Origin: an uncultured Methanosarcinales archaeon
GTDB lineage: Archaea; Nanobdellota; Nanobdellia; Woesearchaeales; JACPBV01
Direction: 5' to 3'
Assembly: GCA_964492935.1 (NCBI GenBank)
Contig: CAZBLF010000002.1
Coordinates: 1-64,000 of the forward strand
Length of the DNA: 64,000 nucleotides
A program made the position numbers and the translations under genes. Below, one piece after another: positions 1 through 10,502 of the stretch. The notes below the pieces were generated by a model. That model was not told where the DNA came from, did not search any database, and saw nothing but the letters and a program-made list of their open reading frames with translations. Each line of letters opens with the position of its first letter. Position 1 is the stretch's first letter.

Positions 1-113
1 CTAAGTGATTACTTTGACGATTCCACTATGGCTTTAGCCTAGTGGTAGTTCAAAAGAGTAGAAATCTTTTTAAAGGACCCCAATTCTTTCTCCAACTAGG
101 GGCAAGAACATAA

Positions 114-2105
114 ATGATACTACCAATAATTATTGTAATAAGCATTCTCAGTCTGGGCGTAGCCGTATTCAAAGCCCACAAACTACTCAAAAAACCTGCC
201 GGCACAAAAGAAATGATTGAGATTTCAGATGCCATCCATCATGGAGCATTAACTTTTCTAAAAAAAGAGTACGTCATCCTTTCTGTGTTTCTAGTAATCG
301 TTGCCGCACTGTTATTCAAATTCATTGGAATGTATATCGCACTTTCTTTCATCATCGGAGGAATTTTCTCAGCATTCGCCGGAAATATGGGGATGCGTAT
401 CGCTACCAAAGCAAACACCCGAACCGCAGAAGGTTCAAAAAAATCATTACATGAAGGACTCTCAATTGCCTTTAATTCAGGCGCAGTCATGGGATTGACC
501 GTTGTGGGTCTCGGACTTCTCGGAGTAACTGCATTATTCTTAATCTTTAACGACCCCAGCATCATCTATGGGTTCGGTTTCGGAGCATCATCTATTGCAC
601 TTTTCGCAAGAGTCGGCGGCGGAATCTACACCAAAGCCGCAGATGTAGGAGCAGACATCGTTGGAAAAGTAGAAGCAGGAATCCCAGAAGACTCACCTAA
701 GAATCCCGCAGTCATCGCAGATAATGTAGGAGACAATGTGGGAGATATCGCAGGCATGGGAGCAGATCTCTTCGAAAGTTATGTCGATTCTATTATTGCA
801 GCAATGGTCATCGGAACCGCCATCACCCTTACCACACGCGTCCCAGAAGGATACGTGATTCTACCACTCATCTTAGCAGCATTAGGCATCATCTGTTCCA
901 TCGTAGGAATGTTCTTTGTACGCGTTACCGATGATAAGAAAATCCAGCACGCCCTGGATCACGGTATCTACATCGCATCCGCCCTTATGGCAGTACTTTC
1001 CTTTTTCGTCATCGGCGCAGTTATTCCCAATTCACACGGTCTAGGTGTCTTTTACGCCATGATCTCAGGCCTAGCAGCCGGAATCATCATAGGCCTAGCA
1101 ACAGAACACTACACCTCATCCTCAAAAAAATCAGCACAATCCGTTGCAACCGCAGCAAAAACCGGTTCCGCAACAACCATCATCGAAGGACTAGCACTAG
1201 GAATGCATTCAACCGCAATTCCCGTTATAGCAGTCTGTGCAGCAATCCTTATCTCATTCCATTACGGAGGCTTATACGGCATCGCCATCGCAGCAGTAGG
1301 AATGCTGTCCACTCTAGGAATCACCTTAGCAACCGATTGTTATGGCCCTGTAGCCGATAATGCAGCCGGCATCTCAGAGATGGCAGGTTTAGGTGGAAAA
1401 ATAAGAAAACGAACCGAAGACCTAGATGCAGTCGGCAATACCACCGCAGCCATCGGAAAAGGCTTCGCCATTGGTTCAGCTGGATTAACCGCATTAGCAC
1501 TATTCGCATCCTTCACACAAGTAGCAGAACAATTAACAGGTGTAAAAACCGTAATCGACATCACCTCACCCGAAGTCATCGTAGGATTATTTCTGGGCGG
1601 AATGGTCGTCTTCCTATTCTCAGCACTAACCATGAAAGCAGTTGGAAAAGCTGCGTATGCAGTTGTTGAAGAAGTCCGAACACAATTCAAGAAAATTAAA
1701 GGCCTCATGGAAGGCAAAGCCAAACCCGATTCCAATAAATGTATCGAAATCGTAACCCAGTCAGCACTCAGAGAAATGATTCTGCCCGGCATCCTAGCAA
1801 TCATCGCACCTATCTTAGTGGGCTATTTCCTCGGCATCCAAGCCCTAGGCGGCTTACTAGCAGGCGTCACCGTAGTCGGCTTTTTAATGGCAGTCTTCAT
1901 GGCAAATTCAGGCGCAGCCTGGGACAACGCAAAGAAGTATGTAGAGTCCGGAAACCTAGGCGGAAAAGGCTCCGATGTCCACAAAGCAACCGTTGTAGGA
2001 GACACCGTAGGAGATCCATTAAAAGACACCTCCGGACCAAGTATCAACATCCTCCTAAAACTAATAACGATAGTAGCACTAGTCTTTCTACCCCTCTTTG
2101 TCTAA
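114..2105 (+). CDS. hppA: Membrane-bound ion-translocating pyrophosphatase (K+-dependent type)
   Basis: Motifs [49 protein letters not shown] variant; many TM segments. Confidence 0.95.
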   Translation: MILPIIIVISILSLGVAVFKAHKLLKKPAGTKEMIEISDAIHHGALTFLKKEYVILSVFLVIVAALLFKFIGMYIALSFIIGGIFSAFAGNMGMRIATKANTRTAEGSKKSLHEGLSIAFNSGAVMGLTVVGLGLLGVTALFLIFNDPSIIYGFGFGASSIALFARVGGGIYTKAADVGADIVGKVEAGIPEDSPKNPAVIADNVGDNVGDIAGMGADLFESYVDSIIAAMVIGTAITLTTRVPEGYVILPLILAALGIICSIVGMFFVRVTDDKKIQHALDHGIYIASALMAVLSFFVIGAVIPNSHGLGVFYAMISGLAAGIIIGLATEHYTSSSKKSAQSVATAAKTGSATTIIEGLALGMHSTAIPVIAVCAAILISFHYGGLYGIAIAAVGMLSTLGITLATDCYGPVADNAAGISEMAGLGGKIRKRTEDLDAVGNTTAAIGKGFAIGSAGLTALALFASFTQVAEQLTGVKTVIDITSPEVIVGLFLGGMVVFLFSALTMKAVGKAAYAVVEEVRTQFKKIKGLMEGKAKPDSNKCIEIVTQSALREMILPGILAIIAPILVGYFLGIQALGGLLAGVTVVGFLMAVFMANSGAAWDNAKKYVESGNLGGKGSDVHKATVVGDTVGDPLKDTSGPSINILLKLITIVALVFLPLFV

Positions 2106-2144
2106 GTAACAAATTTTATATACCTGACACCATTTTTATAAACT

Positions 2145-3377
2145 ATGTCCAAGTTCGAAGCACCTACTCTGAAGCAAGCTGACATCAAAGGCAAAGATAT
2201 TCTCTATAAAGTAGACTTTAACGTTCCACTCAAGGAACAATCAGGATCCTTCACCGTAGCCGACGACGCCCGTATCGAGGCAGTTCGTGATACGATAGAA
2301 TATATAGAATCCCAAAAACCCAAACGAGTCATCTTTCTCACCCATCTCGGCCGACCGAAAGGAAGAGTGATGGAAGAATTCAGCACCAAACCCGTTGCAG
2401 AACATCTCGGCAAGCTCTACAAAAAAGACGTAGCACATATCGATGCATCGTCCACCATTCCTGAAGAGGGATGGATCATGTACGAGAATGTACGCTTCAA
2501 TCCACGTGAAGAATCTGAAAAATCAACAGACCGAAAGGCATTCGCAAAAGAACTCTCGGATCTTGTAGATGAAGACGGAATAATCGTGTATGATGCCTTT
2601 GGAGCAGCCCATCGAAAGCAAGCCTCCGCCTACGAGCTGATTGCCGAACGAAAAGCATACGCCGGTCTGCTCATGCAAGCAGAGATCGAACAACTCATCC
2701 CATTTATCAATCCAGGTCCCGGTTCAGTGGCCTTCCTAGGGGGCGCCAAGATCGAGGATAAACTTGCCCACGTAGAAGGCTTACTCAAAAAATACGACAC
2801 CGTAGCGCTCGGAGGCGGAATGGTCTTTACTTTCTATAAGGCGATGGGACATCCCATCGGAAAATCCATACTATTCGAAGAAAAGGTCGCCGATTGCAAA
2901 AAACTCTTCGATACCTATGGGATGAAGGAAGACGACACCGGACTCATCCTACCCTCCGATGTTCGTATCGCCAAAATCACCAATCCAGAAGTGAAAGCCT
3001 ACAATTTAACAAAAGCAGACTTTGAGGATGTCCAGATGGTGTCCTCAACCGACATACCAAACGGCTACAACGGTCTTGACATGGGAGACGACTCTATCAC
3101 AAGATACGAACAACTTGCAGCCAATGCAAAAGTAATCTTCTGGAACGGTCCGATGGGAGTATTCGAAGTAAAAGGCTTCGAAAAAGCTACCAAAGCAGTT
3201 GGTAAGGCCATTGAAAAATCAAAAGCAACAAAAATAGCAGGCGGAGGCGACACGCTCAACGTATTAGCTAAATATGACCTCAACATGCCCTCATCAACTG
3301 GCGGTGGAGCCGCAACAGAATTTGTAATTCATGGCACGCTTCCCGGATACGAAGCACTTAAAGGTAATTTCAACTAA
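2145..3377 (+). CDS. pgk: Phosphoglycerate kinase
   Basis: VDFNVP, THLGRPKG, DAFGAAHR, LGGAK, WNGPMGVFE, STGGGA motifs. Confidence 0.95.
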   Translation: MSKFEAPTLKQADIKGKDILYKVDFNVPLKEQSGSFTVADDARIEAVRDTIEYIESQKPKRVIFLTHLGRPKGRVMEEFSTKPVAEHLGKLYKKDVAHIDASSTIPEEGWIMYENVRFNPREESEKSTDRKAFAKELSDLVDEDGIIVYDAFGAAHRKQASAYELIAERKAYAGLLMQAEIEQLIPFINPGPGSVAFLGGAKIEDKLAHVEGLLKKYDTVALGGGMVFTFYKAMGHPIGKSILFEEKVADCKKLFDTYGMKEDDTGLILPSDVRIAKITNPEVKAYNLTKADFEDVQMVSSTDIPNGYNGLDMGDDSITRYEQLAANAKVIFWNGPMGVFEVKGFEKATKAVGKAIEKSKATKIAGGGDTLNVLAKYDLNMPSSTGGGAATEFVIHGTLPGYEALKGNFN

Positions 3378-4620
3378 GAACTATCTTCTTTCCAAACACT
3401 CCCTTCAACAATCCAGCAGTCTCTTCACGTTCCTTCTCAACATCAATCTTCTCCAGTAATTGCTGCAATTCAGTCTGCTCACCCGTAACCTGTTCAATCT
3501 TTTTTGCAAGATCGCTAGCAGCATCCTCCATTTTTTGCTCCTCCCTACCCGCAACATGACTCTCAATAGCCGCGCCCTTCTCCTCTAATGAAGTCCGCAA
3601 TGCAGTAAGCTTTTTTCTTTGCTCTTCCAATACAGCACGCGTGATCGAACCACTCGCGCTCATCGCCTTATCTCGCTTCTTATCTCGTAATTCTATGGAT
3701 CCAGACTCCAAAGCTTTCTGCAACGTTGCAACCAACTGCACAATCTGCAACCCCTCGTCTCGCTCCAACCCTTCAACCGCATCCCGCAAGTACCAGGAAA
3801 TCACATTTCCTCCCTCTAGCGTAATGCGTTCATACTTCTTTAACGCCGATTCCAAAGCAGAAAACGGCTGTCTAATGGTAGAATGATGCTCCTGCAACTG
3901 CTTCGTCACAATCGCCACGTCCGCTTTCATACTCAGCAGATCCTGATAACGCACCGATGAACGTAATTCCTCAATCCCCTCAGAATGTACCTTCTTATCT
4001 TTTGATAACCCAGCAATCTGCTCACCAAACTTCTGCAATCGCTGTTCATGATCCAATTTCCTAGCGCGTGACGCATGTAATGAGGTAATAGCATCTCCAA
4101 CCTTCGCAATCTTAACAGCCATCCCGTCCTTAGTCAAGGAAGTAAGCTCACCGTGCAGTCCCTCTAACTTTCGAATCCGAAATGCAATATCTCCCGTCTC
4201 ATTAGCAAAGAAATGCTGCAAAATCTGATACGGCCTTACAGTAGCCTTAGTAAATCGTGCCAAAGCTCCCTTAAAATCCTCTAGGTACGCTTCCAACTCC
4301 TCCGTCTTCTCCGGTAGCCTCAGTGATGCAAGAAAAGCTTCAAGCCCAATCAGGTAACTCTTCCGATTGCCCTCCATAAACTGCTTTTCCCGCACCTCAA
4401 TATCCGGATTACGAAGCGTAGCATCTCTTAACGCATCTACTCGCGCTCCCATCGCTGCCAATTCCTCAACAATCTTACTCCTCACGCTACTCAAAGCCGC
4501 GTCCGCGTCCGCAATCAATGGTTTTGACTGTTCTTTAAACCACGATTCGAGATTATCCAATACTACAACCTCTTCCGCATCGGGAGGTTCAGCAAATAAC
4601 TTCTTTAGAAACCCAAACAT
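3370..4620 (-). CDS. Hypothetical coiled-coil protein
   Basis: 416-aa helical, charged ORF; upstream TATA-like element. Confidence 0.75.
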   Translation of the reverse strand: MFGFLKKLFAEPPDAEEVVVLDNLESWFKEQSKPLIADADAALSSVRSKIVEELAAMGARVDALRDATLRNPDIEVREKQFMEGNRKSYLIGLEAFLASLRLPEKTEELEAYLEDFKGALARFTKATVRPYQILQHFFANETGDIAFRIRKLEGLHGELTSLTKDGMAVKIAKVGDAITSLHASRARKLDHEQRLQKFGEQIAGLSKDKKVHSEGIEELRSSVRYQDLLSMKADVAIVTKQLQEHHSTIRQPFSALESALKKYERITLEGGNVISWYLRDAVEGLERDEGLQIVQLVATLQKALESGSIELRDKKRDKAMSASGSITRAVLEEQRKKLTALRTSLEEKGAAIESHVAGREEQKMEDAASDLAKKIEQVTGEQTELQQLLEKIDVEKEREETAGLLKGVFGKKIVLS

Positions 4621-4701
4621 ACAGCAAGAAATCCACCATAATTATTAAAGGTTATCATCTAGACGAATACTTTTTTAAATCAAACCTCGTTTTCTATAAG
4701 A

Positions 4702-5001
4702 ATGGCATTTGCAGCTGAAGCATACGGAAGACCGGCGGTTCTGGAGGAAGGCCTAAGAATAATGTCAAACTATCCAGACTGGGAGCCGGTTTCTGTAGAT
4801 TTCCTAAAAAATAACTGTGATGACGCAACAACCTTCAATGAATTAGGATATGATTCTCTCACTGCAGTTCAGGTATCTCTGGACGTGGCACAAGAGTTTG
4901 GACCCGAACTGAAAGATCAAGTGTGTGGGTGCACCAAAGTAGGAGAAGCCCTAGAAAAAATTGTTCGCCTAGCTCCTGCCGATTACAAGCCCCCAGAATA
5001 A
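4702..5001 (+). CDS. Acyl-carrier-protein-like protein
   Basis: 99 aa, acidic; [21 protein letters not shown] matches the phosphopantetheine attachment motif; TATA TTTAAAT about 22 nt upstream. Confidence 0.6.
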   Translation: MAFAAEAYGRPAVLEEGLRIMSNYPDWEPVSVDFLKNNCDDATTFNELGYDSLTAVQVSLDVAQEFGPELKDQVCGCTKVGEALEKIVRLAPADYKPPE

Positions 5002-5183
5002 TCAAACACATCTTCTACACTCAAATTAAACAATTTAGAAATTCTAAACGCCAATTTCAAAGAAGGATCTCTTTTTCCCGCCTCTATCGCGATAATAGTC
5101 TGCCGAGTAACTGAAAGCTGTTCAGCCAGCTCATTCTGCCGCAATTTCAGCATTTTCCTGTACTTTCTAACCTTATTAGCCAT
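4983..5183 (-). CDS. Xre/Cro-family HTH transcriptional regulator
   Basis: [36 protein letters not shown] is a typical HTH_3; start taken at MANK. Confidence 0.85.
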   Translation of the reverse strand: MANKVRKYRKMLKLRQNELAEQLSVTRQTIIAIEAGKRDPSLKLAFRISKLFNLSVEDVFDYSGGL

Positions 5184-5282
5184 AATGTAACACTTATAGG
5201 ACATTCCCTATATAAGCTTTTCCAAAATGTAACATAAATACTAAGAGAAACATTAATATGTAGCGCAATAAGTAGACACCAT

Positions 5283-5591
5283 ATGCGAAGAAAACTAGTA
5301 AAAAAGCTGAAAGCGAAGAAGGAAGCCAAACAACTCATCCCTAAACTAGTAGACAAAGCCAAAGCCCTAGCAAGAGCTCGCAAGCCAGCCAACAAGGTAG
5401 CCAAGAAAGTCAACTATCTACGAAATAAGTTCAAAATCAAGCTTGAAAACGTCATTAAGCGCCAGATCTGCAACCACTGCAAAGCCATCATGATTCCCGG
5501 TCTCACGGCTCGCGTAAGAACCAAATCCCCAAATGTAGTCTGGTTCTGCCGTCAGTGCAAGCACTACACCAAGATCCGCTACAAGAGGTAA
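5283..5591 (+). CDS. rnp4: RNase P protein component 4 (Rpp21)
   Basis: Basic protein; KRQICNHC...IPGLTARVR...WFCRQC zinc ribbon. Confidence 0.85.
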   Translation: MRRKLVKKLKAKKEAKQLIPKLVDKAKALARARKPANKVAKKVNYLRNKFKIKLENVIKRQICNHCKAIMIPGLTARVRTKSPNVVWFCRQCKHYTKIRYKR

Positions 5592-5669
5592 CTACTTCAG
5601 GATAACAACAAAAGAGAAACCTTTATATAGTACCTAATTCTGACTATTTACAACCGCGAGGTAGTTACT

Positions 5670-5900
5670 ATGGAAGACATGGACCAATACGGATATATTG
5701 AAGACGAACCAGAGACCGAAGTAGATCAACTAGAAGATACTGAGGAGACTGAAAAAGTCAAACCCAAAGAAACCAAGGACGACGATGAGTTCGAGCTTGA
5801 CGAAGTAAAAGGCAGCCACGGTAAAAAACCGAAAATGGCGCTCCTAAACAAGAAAAAAGTCGGCTCCTACGAAATGGACGAATTATTCTTGGATTTCTAA
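5670..5900 (+). CDS. Small acidic hypothetical protein
   Basis: TATA (TTTATATA) and GAGGT SD upstream. Confidence 0.6.
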   Translation: MEDMDQYGYIEDEPETEVDQLEDTEETEKVKPKETKDDDEFELDEVKGSHGKKPKMALLNKKKVGSYEMDELFLDF

Positions 5901-5921
5901 CAGTAAATTAAGTACACTACA

Positions 5922-7076
5922 ATGGCAGACCTAGAAGAGATGACTAGAAGAGAGGCAATGCAAAGAGGACTCGGCCTAGTCGCGTCACTATTAGTTGGAA
6001 ATCCATTTTCAGCAGAAGCTACACCTTACAACGAACAAGATCCCGAATTCACAAAGAATAGAAAATCGATTGCACATATTGACAAAGTAATTCTCCACAC
6101 AACTGAAGGAAGCGACAAGAGCGCCTATCACTCCGTAAAGAATAACGGATCCTGCAACTATCTTGTACAATCAGACGGAGAAGTCATGAAAATTGTTGAA
6201 GAGGGCCAAGTAGCACATCACGCAGGAGTCAGCAAATGGGGAGATTTAATCTATCTGAACGACAAATCCATTGGCATTGAAGTCGCAGGATATCATGATA
6301 AAGACATCACCCAAGCCCAAAAGAAATCACTCGGAGAACTTATAGGCGAACTAAAGGAGCGATACCAACTTCAAGACGAAGATTTCATGCCACATTCACA
6401 AGTTGCATTTGGAAGACCGAACAAGTACTGGCCAAAGAATCACCGAGGAAGAAAAAGATGCGGATGGCAATTTTCTGATAACGATCTCCGAGCAGAGCTA
6501 GGACTTCACTCTAAACCTAAATACGATCCTAATGTTGAAAATGGAGAATTCGTAGTAGCAGACAAAAAGCTTCACGAACGCCTCTACAAAGATGCAGATC
6601 AAGAATCCATTCCAGAGGAATCAACTCCAGACACAACTCAGTATGCAACATCAAGACCCGTCCAACAGCACCAAGCACCCCACCCCGTAAAGGAAGTAGC
6701 AGTACAATCAAACGGAAATCTGAAGGTACTAGGGAGAGACGGAAAAACAGCATGGAGTATTGCAAAATCCAGATACGACGATGCAGATACATTATACGTA
6801 ATTGGAGACGACATCATCCGAGGATCAGAACTAACCCCTGAAATAATTGAGAGCATGCCACTTGACACTCCCGTCCTAATTGGATATGAAAAGAATGAAA
6901 TCACCTCTGATCGCTCTGCATTTAGTATTGTAGGAAACCGATATGATGATGAAGATGTCCTCTACAAACTACCCAATAAACCAGGGATAAAGGGAATCGT
7001 ACCAGGAGACAAAATAATTGACTTTTCCGATCTTGATAAGAAAACAGCAATCATCTACAAAATAAAAGCAGCATAA
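5922..7076 (+). CDS. N-acetylmuramoyl-L-alanine amidase (Amidase_2/AmpD-like) with Tat-like signal
   Basis: TRREAM twin-Arg plus hydrophobic stretch; ILHTTE, AHHAGVSKW, LNDKSIGIE, PHS zinc-amidase motifs. Confidence 0.85.
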   Translation: MADLEEMTRREAMQRGLGLVASLLVGNPFSAEATPYNEQDPEFTKNRKSIAHIDKVILHTTEGSDKSAYHSVKNNGSCNYLVQSDGEVMKIVEEGQVAHHAGVSKWGDLIYLNDKSIGIEVAGYHDKDITQAQKKSLGELIGELKERYQLQDEDFMPHSQVAFGRPNKYWPKNHRGRKRCGWQFSDNDLRAELGLHSKPKYDPNVENGEFVVADKKLHERLYKDADQESIPEESTPDTTQYATSRPVQQHQAPHPVKEVAVQSNGNLKVLGRDGKTAWSIAKSRYDDADTLYVIGDDIIRGSELTPEIIESMPLDTPVLIGYEKNEITSDRSAFSIVGNRYDDEDVLYKLPNKPGIKGIVPGDKIIDFSDLDKKTAIIYKIKAA

Positions 7077-7105
7077 CCTCAAGATTCTTATAAAAAACTC
7101 AATTA

Positions 7106-7837
7106 ATGAAGAAAATGAAAGAAAAACCCTCCCAATCTGATCCAGAGTACATAGAGCGGCTACGCATGGCATTTCAGAATCAGATACTTCCCAAGCCCCA
7201 CGAGAAAAAAAAGAAGCTCATGAACGTAAATTGGGATCCAAGAGACCTTCATGATGAAACGAACGGGGACTTGTTTGGAGCAGAATATGGGCCGAACGCA
7301 CACAAAAAAGGTCCTAGCCTAGGAACTTTAATTACTTGGGGTGCAGTAGGTGCAGCATTATTCCTAACTCTTCACTATCAAACTAATGGCACTGCAGTTT
7401 CACCTTCAAATAAGCAAGTAGTCACAACCAAGAAACCGGTAGAAAGCCCATACCGTATAAAGAGTGCAGATACGAAAATAAAGCCTCCCGAAACACCGGA
7501 AGCACGAACTAATAGCTATTTTGTGAAGGACGATAGTCTCATTTCCTTGTTCGGAGAGATGGCCTACGGAGTGGAAATGATACAACCTAAGTACCACGAT
7601 TCAATTATTAAAATCCTTAACGAGCATAAACTGATCGAGCTCGAGGCAAATGAAAATCATCCACTGCCACAATCAGTGAGAATCTTAAATCGACAGGCAC
7701 TTGGCAGACCCGATCCAAGAGCAGGTGAAGACTTCTTAATATACACAAGTATCCTCCCTCAGGAATCAACTGCAGATGCGAAACCAGTAGATCAAAGTGA
7801 ACTTACCTCAATAGTAAACGAACTCTACAGAAAGTAA
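7106..7837 (+). CDS. Hypothetical single-pass membrane protein
   Basis: 243-aa ORF with one hydrophobic segment. Confidence 0.65.
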   Translation: MKKMKEKPSQSDPEYIERLRMAFQNQILPKPHEKKKKLMNVNWDPRDLHDETNGDLFGAEYGPNAHKKGPSLGTLITWGAVGAALFLTLHYQTNGTAVSPSNKQVVTTKKPVESPYRIKSADTKIKPPETPEARTNSYFVKDDSLISLFGEMAYGVEMIQPKYHDSIIKILNEHKLIELEANENHPLPQSVRILNRQALGRPDPRAGEDFLIYTSILPQESTADAKPVDQSELTSIVNELYRK

Positions 7838-7838
7838 G

Positions 7839-7857
7839 AAATGGGGCTGCGAAGATT
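7839..7857 (-). repeat. Duplicate of the tRNA-Pro 3' end (att-like)
   Basis: AAATGGGGCTGCGAAGATT is identical to 7905-7923. Confidence 0.85.
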
Positions 7858-7907
7858 CCCACCTCAGAACCTACAGTTCCGAGACCTCCAACTTCCTAAG
7901 AAAAAAA

Positions 7908-7980
7908 TGGGGCTGCGAAGATTTGAACTCCGGTTGCACGACCCCCAGCCGCGAGTGATACCAAGCTACACTACAGCCCC
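7908..7980 (-). tRNA. tRNA-Pro(GGG)
   Basis: Reverse complement GGGGCTGTAGTGTAGCTTGGTATCACTCGCGGCTGGGGGTCGTGCAACCGGAGTTCAAATCTTCGCAGCCCCA folds as a cloverleaf; followed by a T7 run. Confidence 0.95.
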
Positions 7981-8028
7981 ATACTTGGCTTACATCTAGA
8001 CAAAGAATCAACTCACTCTATAAATAGC

Positions 8029-10086
8029 TTACTCCTGCACAATCCCACTCACATGCTCGTCCTTGTTCACACGAATCACATGGTCGACAAACGTCTCAAT
8101 CTTCGTTTCATGAGAAACAATAATGACCTGCTTCATATTCAGCTGCTGCAACACCAATCGCATCCGATCTAGCTGTTCAGATGAAAACCCATCCGTAGGT
8201 TCATCGAGTATCAAGAAATCTTTAGTCTTAATATCAGAAATCACATCCGTAATCACCGTATTCAGCGCTAAACGATATGCTAACGCAACCGAAGTCTTCT
8301 CGCCACCCGATAAATTCTCCAAAACACTTTCATACCCATTCTGTTCAATCACCGGTGTAAATTCATCATCTAGTCGCACCGATAACGTTTCATCTTCTAA
8401 CAACACCGAAAACCAGTTCTGAAACAAATCATTAAATTCATGATACACCGACAACATCACGTGCTTCTCCATCGTTGCCATCAAATTGATAAAAAAGTCA
8501 GACAACCACTGCTGATAGTCCCTGACATTAACTAAACCAACCTCTGCCTTCTTTTTTTCAGCGATCTCCTGAGTTAATCCATCTAGAACCTTAGAAGATT
8601 CCTCACGCTTCACCTCAAGCTCTTTGAATTTGATCGCCAACAACCGTTCCTCCTCGCGCGCCTTCTCCAATTCGAATTTCGCAGCCGCATACTGTTCATC
8701 AACCTGCTTCTGCGCATCCAATCGAGACTGCAACTCCTGCTTAGCAACATTAATCTGCCCAATCTTCACCTTCAATCCTTCTTTCTCCACGCCCAAGGCA
8801 GTAACTCGAGCTCTCTTCTCTTCAAGATTCTTCTTCCGCAACAAAGCAGTCTGCACATCAGCTTGCTTTTTACGCAACACCCCTAATTCCTCCTGAAGCT
8901 GCTTCAATAACGCAACGATAGCAATTTCCTCATCCACACACACCTTCAATGCGGTAGCCGATGCATTAATCATACTCTCCTCTTTAGAAGTAATAGCAGC
9001 CTTATGCGAGTGCGCAACCTGCTGCAAGCACATCGGACAGTTATCAAGAGAACCAATCTTCGTAATCGTCTCCGTAGCCTGTTTCTGCTTCAATTCCAGC
9101 TCCGATTTCTGTCGAGTAATCTCCAATTGTTTATCCGTAGCCTCTCTCAAAGAAATCTCCTTGGCACTAATCCCAGAAGCAACATCTTCAATCGCTGATG
9201 GCGCATCCTTCTCCAACGCAACAACCTCAACCGATAATTGCTCAATTTCAACACCAAAGCGCTGATGCTGTTCCAAGGTTGATTGCAACGCATGCTCCTG
9301 CACCGCCAACTCCTTCCGAATCTCGATTGCAACTTTCACAGACTCTTCCAAAACAGTCACCGTAGCAGTTTTTTCTGCAACTAAAGCAACCGCAGCATCC
9401 ACACCAGGTTTCAATGCTAAAGCTTCCCTATCCAATGAAGCAAACCATTCCGTCTTATCGCTTAATTCCTTCTCTTTTGCAGGCAAATCCTGTAACAACC
9501 CCCCAAACAATTTCGTTTTCTCTCGCAAATGACTATTGTAAATCGCAGCATTCTCCCGAATGCGTTTATATTTGTCAATATTAAACACCTTTCTCAACGT
9601 ATTTAATCGAGACTCCGTATCATCCAACAAAATCTGCTTCATCGACTCCTGTGGAGTATAGACGGTGTAACGAAACACCAAATCCTTACTCTTAGACAAT
9701 AAATCAGAAGGATAACCCAATAAAGACAATATCGCACTTTTCAACTCAACGTGCGTCCCCTCCTTTTTCATCCCATCAACAATAATATATCCAGCCTCCT
9801 GCTTCACATCCTCCTTGCCCCGCTTCAAAGCACGCTTAACAATAACCTCCCTGCCCTCAATATCAAACGTAAGCTCAACCTCTCCCTTCGACTTACCATG
9901 TCTCAACAACGAACTACCAGACAAATGCTTTCGTCGAACTCCAAACAACGCAAATTCAATAGCAAGCAAGATAGTAGATTTCCCAGAACCAATATCTCCC
10001 GATAATAATACTGAACCAGAAGGAAAATCAATAGTAGCGCTCTCATACGAACGAATGTTAGTGAGTTTTAATGACGTTAAGTACAT
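8029..10086 (-). CDS. rad50: Rad50/SbcC-family SMC-like ATPase
   Basis: Walker A GDIGSGKS, coiled coils, CPMC zinc hook, LSGGE signature, LILDEP Walker B. Confidence 0.85.
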   Translation of the reverse strand: MYLTSLKLTNIRSYESATIDFPSGSVLLSGDIGSGKSTILLAIEFALFGVRRKHLSGSSLLRHGKSKGEVELTFDIEGREVIVKRALKRGKEDVKQEAGYIIVDGMKKEGTHVELKSAILSLLGYPSDLLSKSKDLVFRYTVYTPQESMKQILLDDTESRLNTLRKVFNIDKYKRIRENAAIYNSHLREKTKLFGGLLQDLPAKEKELSDKTEWFASLDREALALKPGVDAAVALVAEKTATVTVLEESVKVAIEIRKELAVQEHALQSTLEQHQRFGVEIEQLSVEVVALEKDAPSAIEDVASGISAKEISLREATDKQLEITRQKSELELKQKQATETITKIGSLDNCPMCLQQVAHSHKAAITSKEESMINASATALKVCVDEEIAIVALLKQLQEELGVLRKKQADVQTALLRKKNLEEKRARVTALGVEKEGLKVKIGQINVAKQELQSRLDAQKQVDEQYAAAKFELEKAREEERLLAIKFKELEVKREESSKVLDGLTQEIAEKKKAEVGLVNVRDYQQWLSDFFINLMATMEKHVMLSVYHEFNDLFQNWFSVLLEDETLSVRLDDEFTPVIEQNGYESVLENLSGGEKTSVALAYRLALNTVITDVISDIKTKDFLILDEPTDGFSSEQLDRMRLVLQQLNMKQVIIVSHETKIETFVDHVIRVNKDEHVSGIVQE

Positions 10087-10175
10087 GCAAATCCCCGAGA
10101 AAAGTAACACTCAATACTTTATAAGAATTGTTGTGAGCAACACCCTTTAAATATCTCCACAACTTTCAATTCTAA

Positions 10176-10502
10176 ATGCAAATCACCAAAGAAAACAACC
10201 TCTACAAAGTCCAAGGCACTAAAGACATCTACGAAGTAAATCTAGAGGAAAAAACCTGTACCTGCCCTCATTTTCAACATCGAATGAGCCAAATCCATCA
10301 ATACTGCAAGCATATCATGGCCGTTCTAGACAAAACCCAAAAAAGAGACCAAGAAACCTACAAAAAAATAAAACAATTCGTAAAAGACAACCCCAAAACA
10401 ACAATTGAACAACTAGAAAAGAAATTCAACAAAGAAGCAGTCGATGATCTTCTAAGCAAAAAAGAAATTAATCTGCAAGCTGACGCTTCAGCCACTCAAT
10501 AA
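10176..10502 (+). CDS. SWIM zinc-finger protein
   Basis: CTCPHF...YCKHI. Confidence 0.8.
   Translation: MQITKENNLYKVQGTKDIYEVNLEEKTCTCPHFQHRMSQIHQYCKHIMAVLDKTQKRDQETYKKIKQFVKDNPKTTIEQLEKKFNKEAVDDLLSKKEINLQADASATQ

Noticed and set aside
7839..7900. Split-tRNA half
   Set aside because: Only 16 nt of tRNA sequence are repeated, an intact gene is adjacent, and the T-arm is incomplete.
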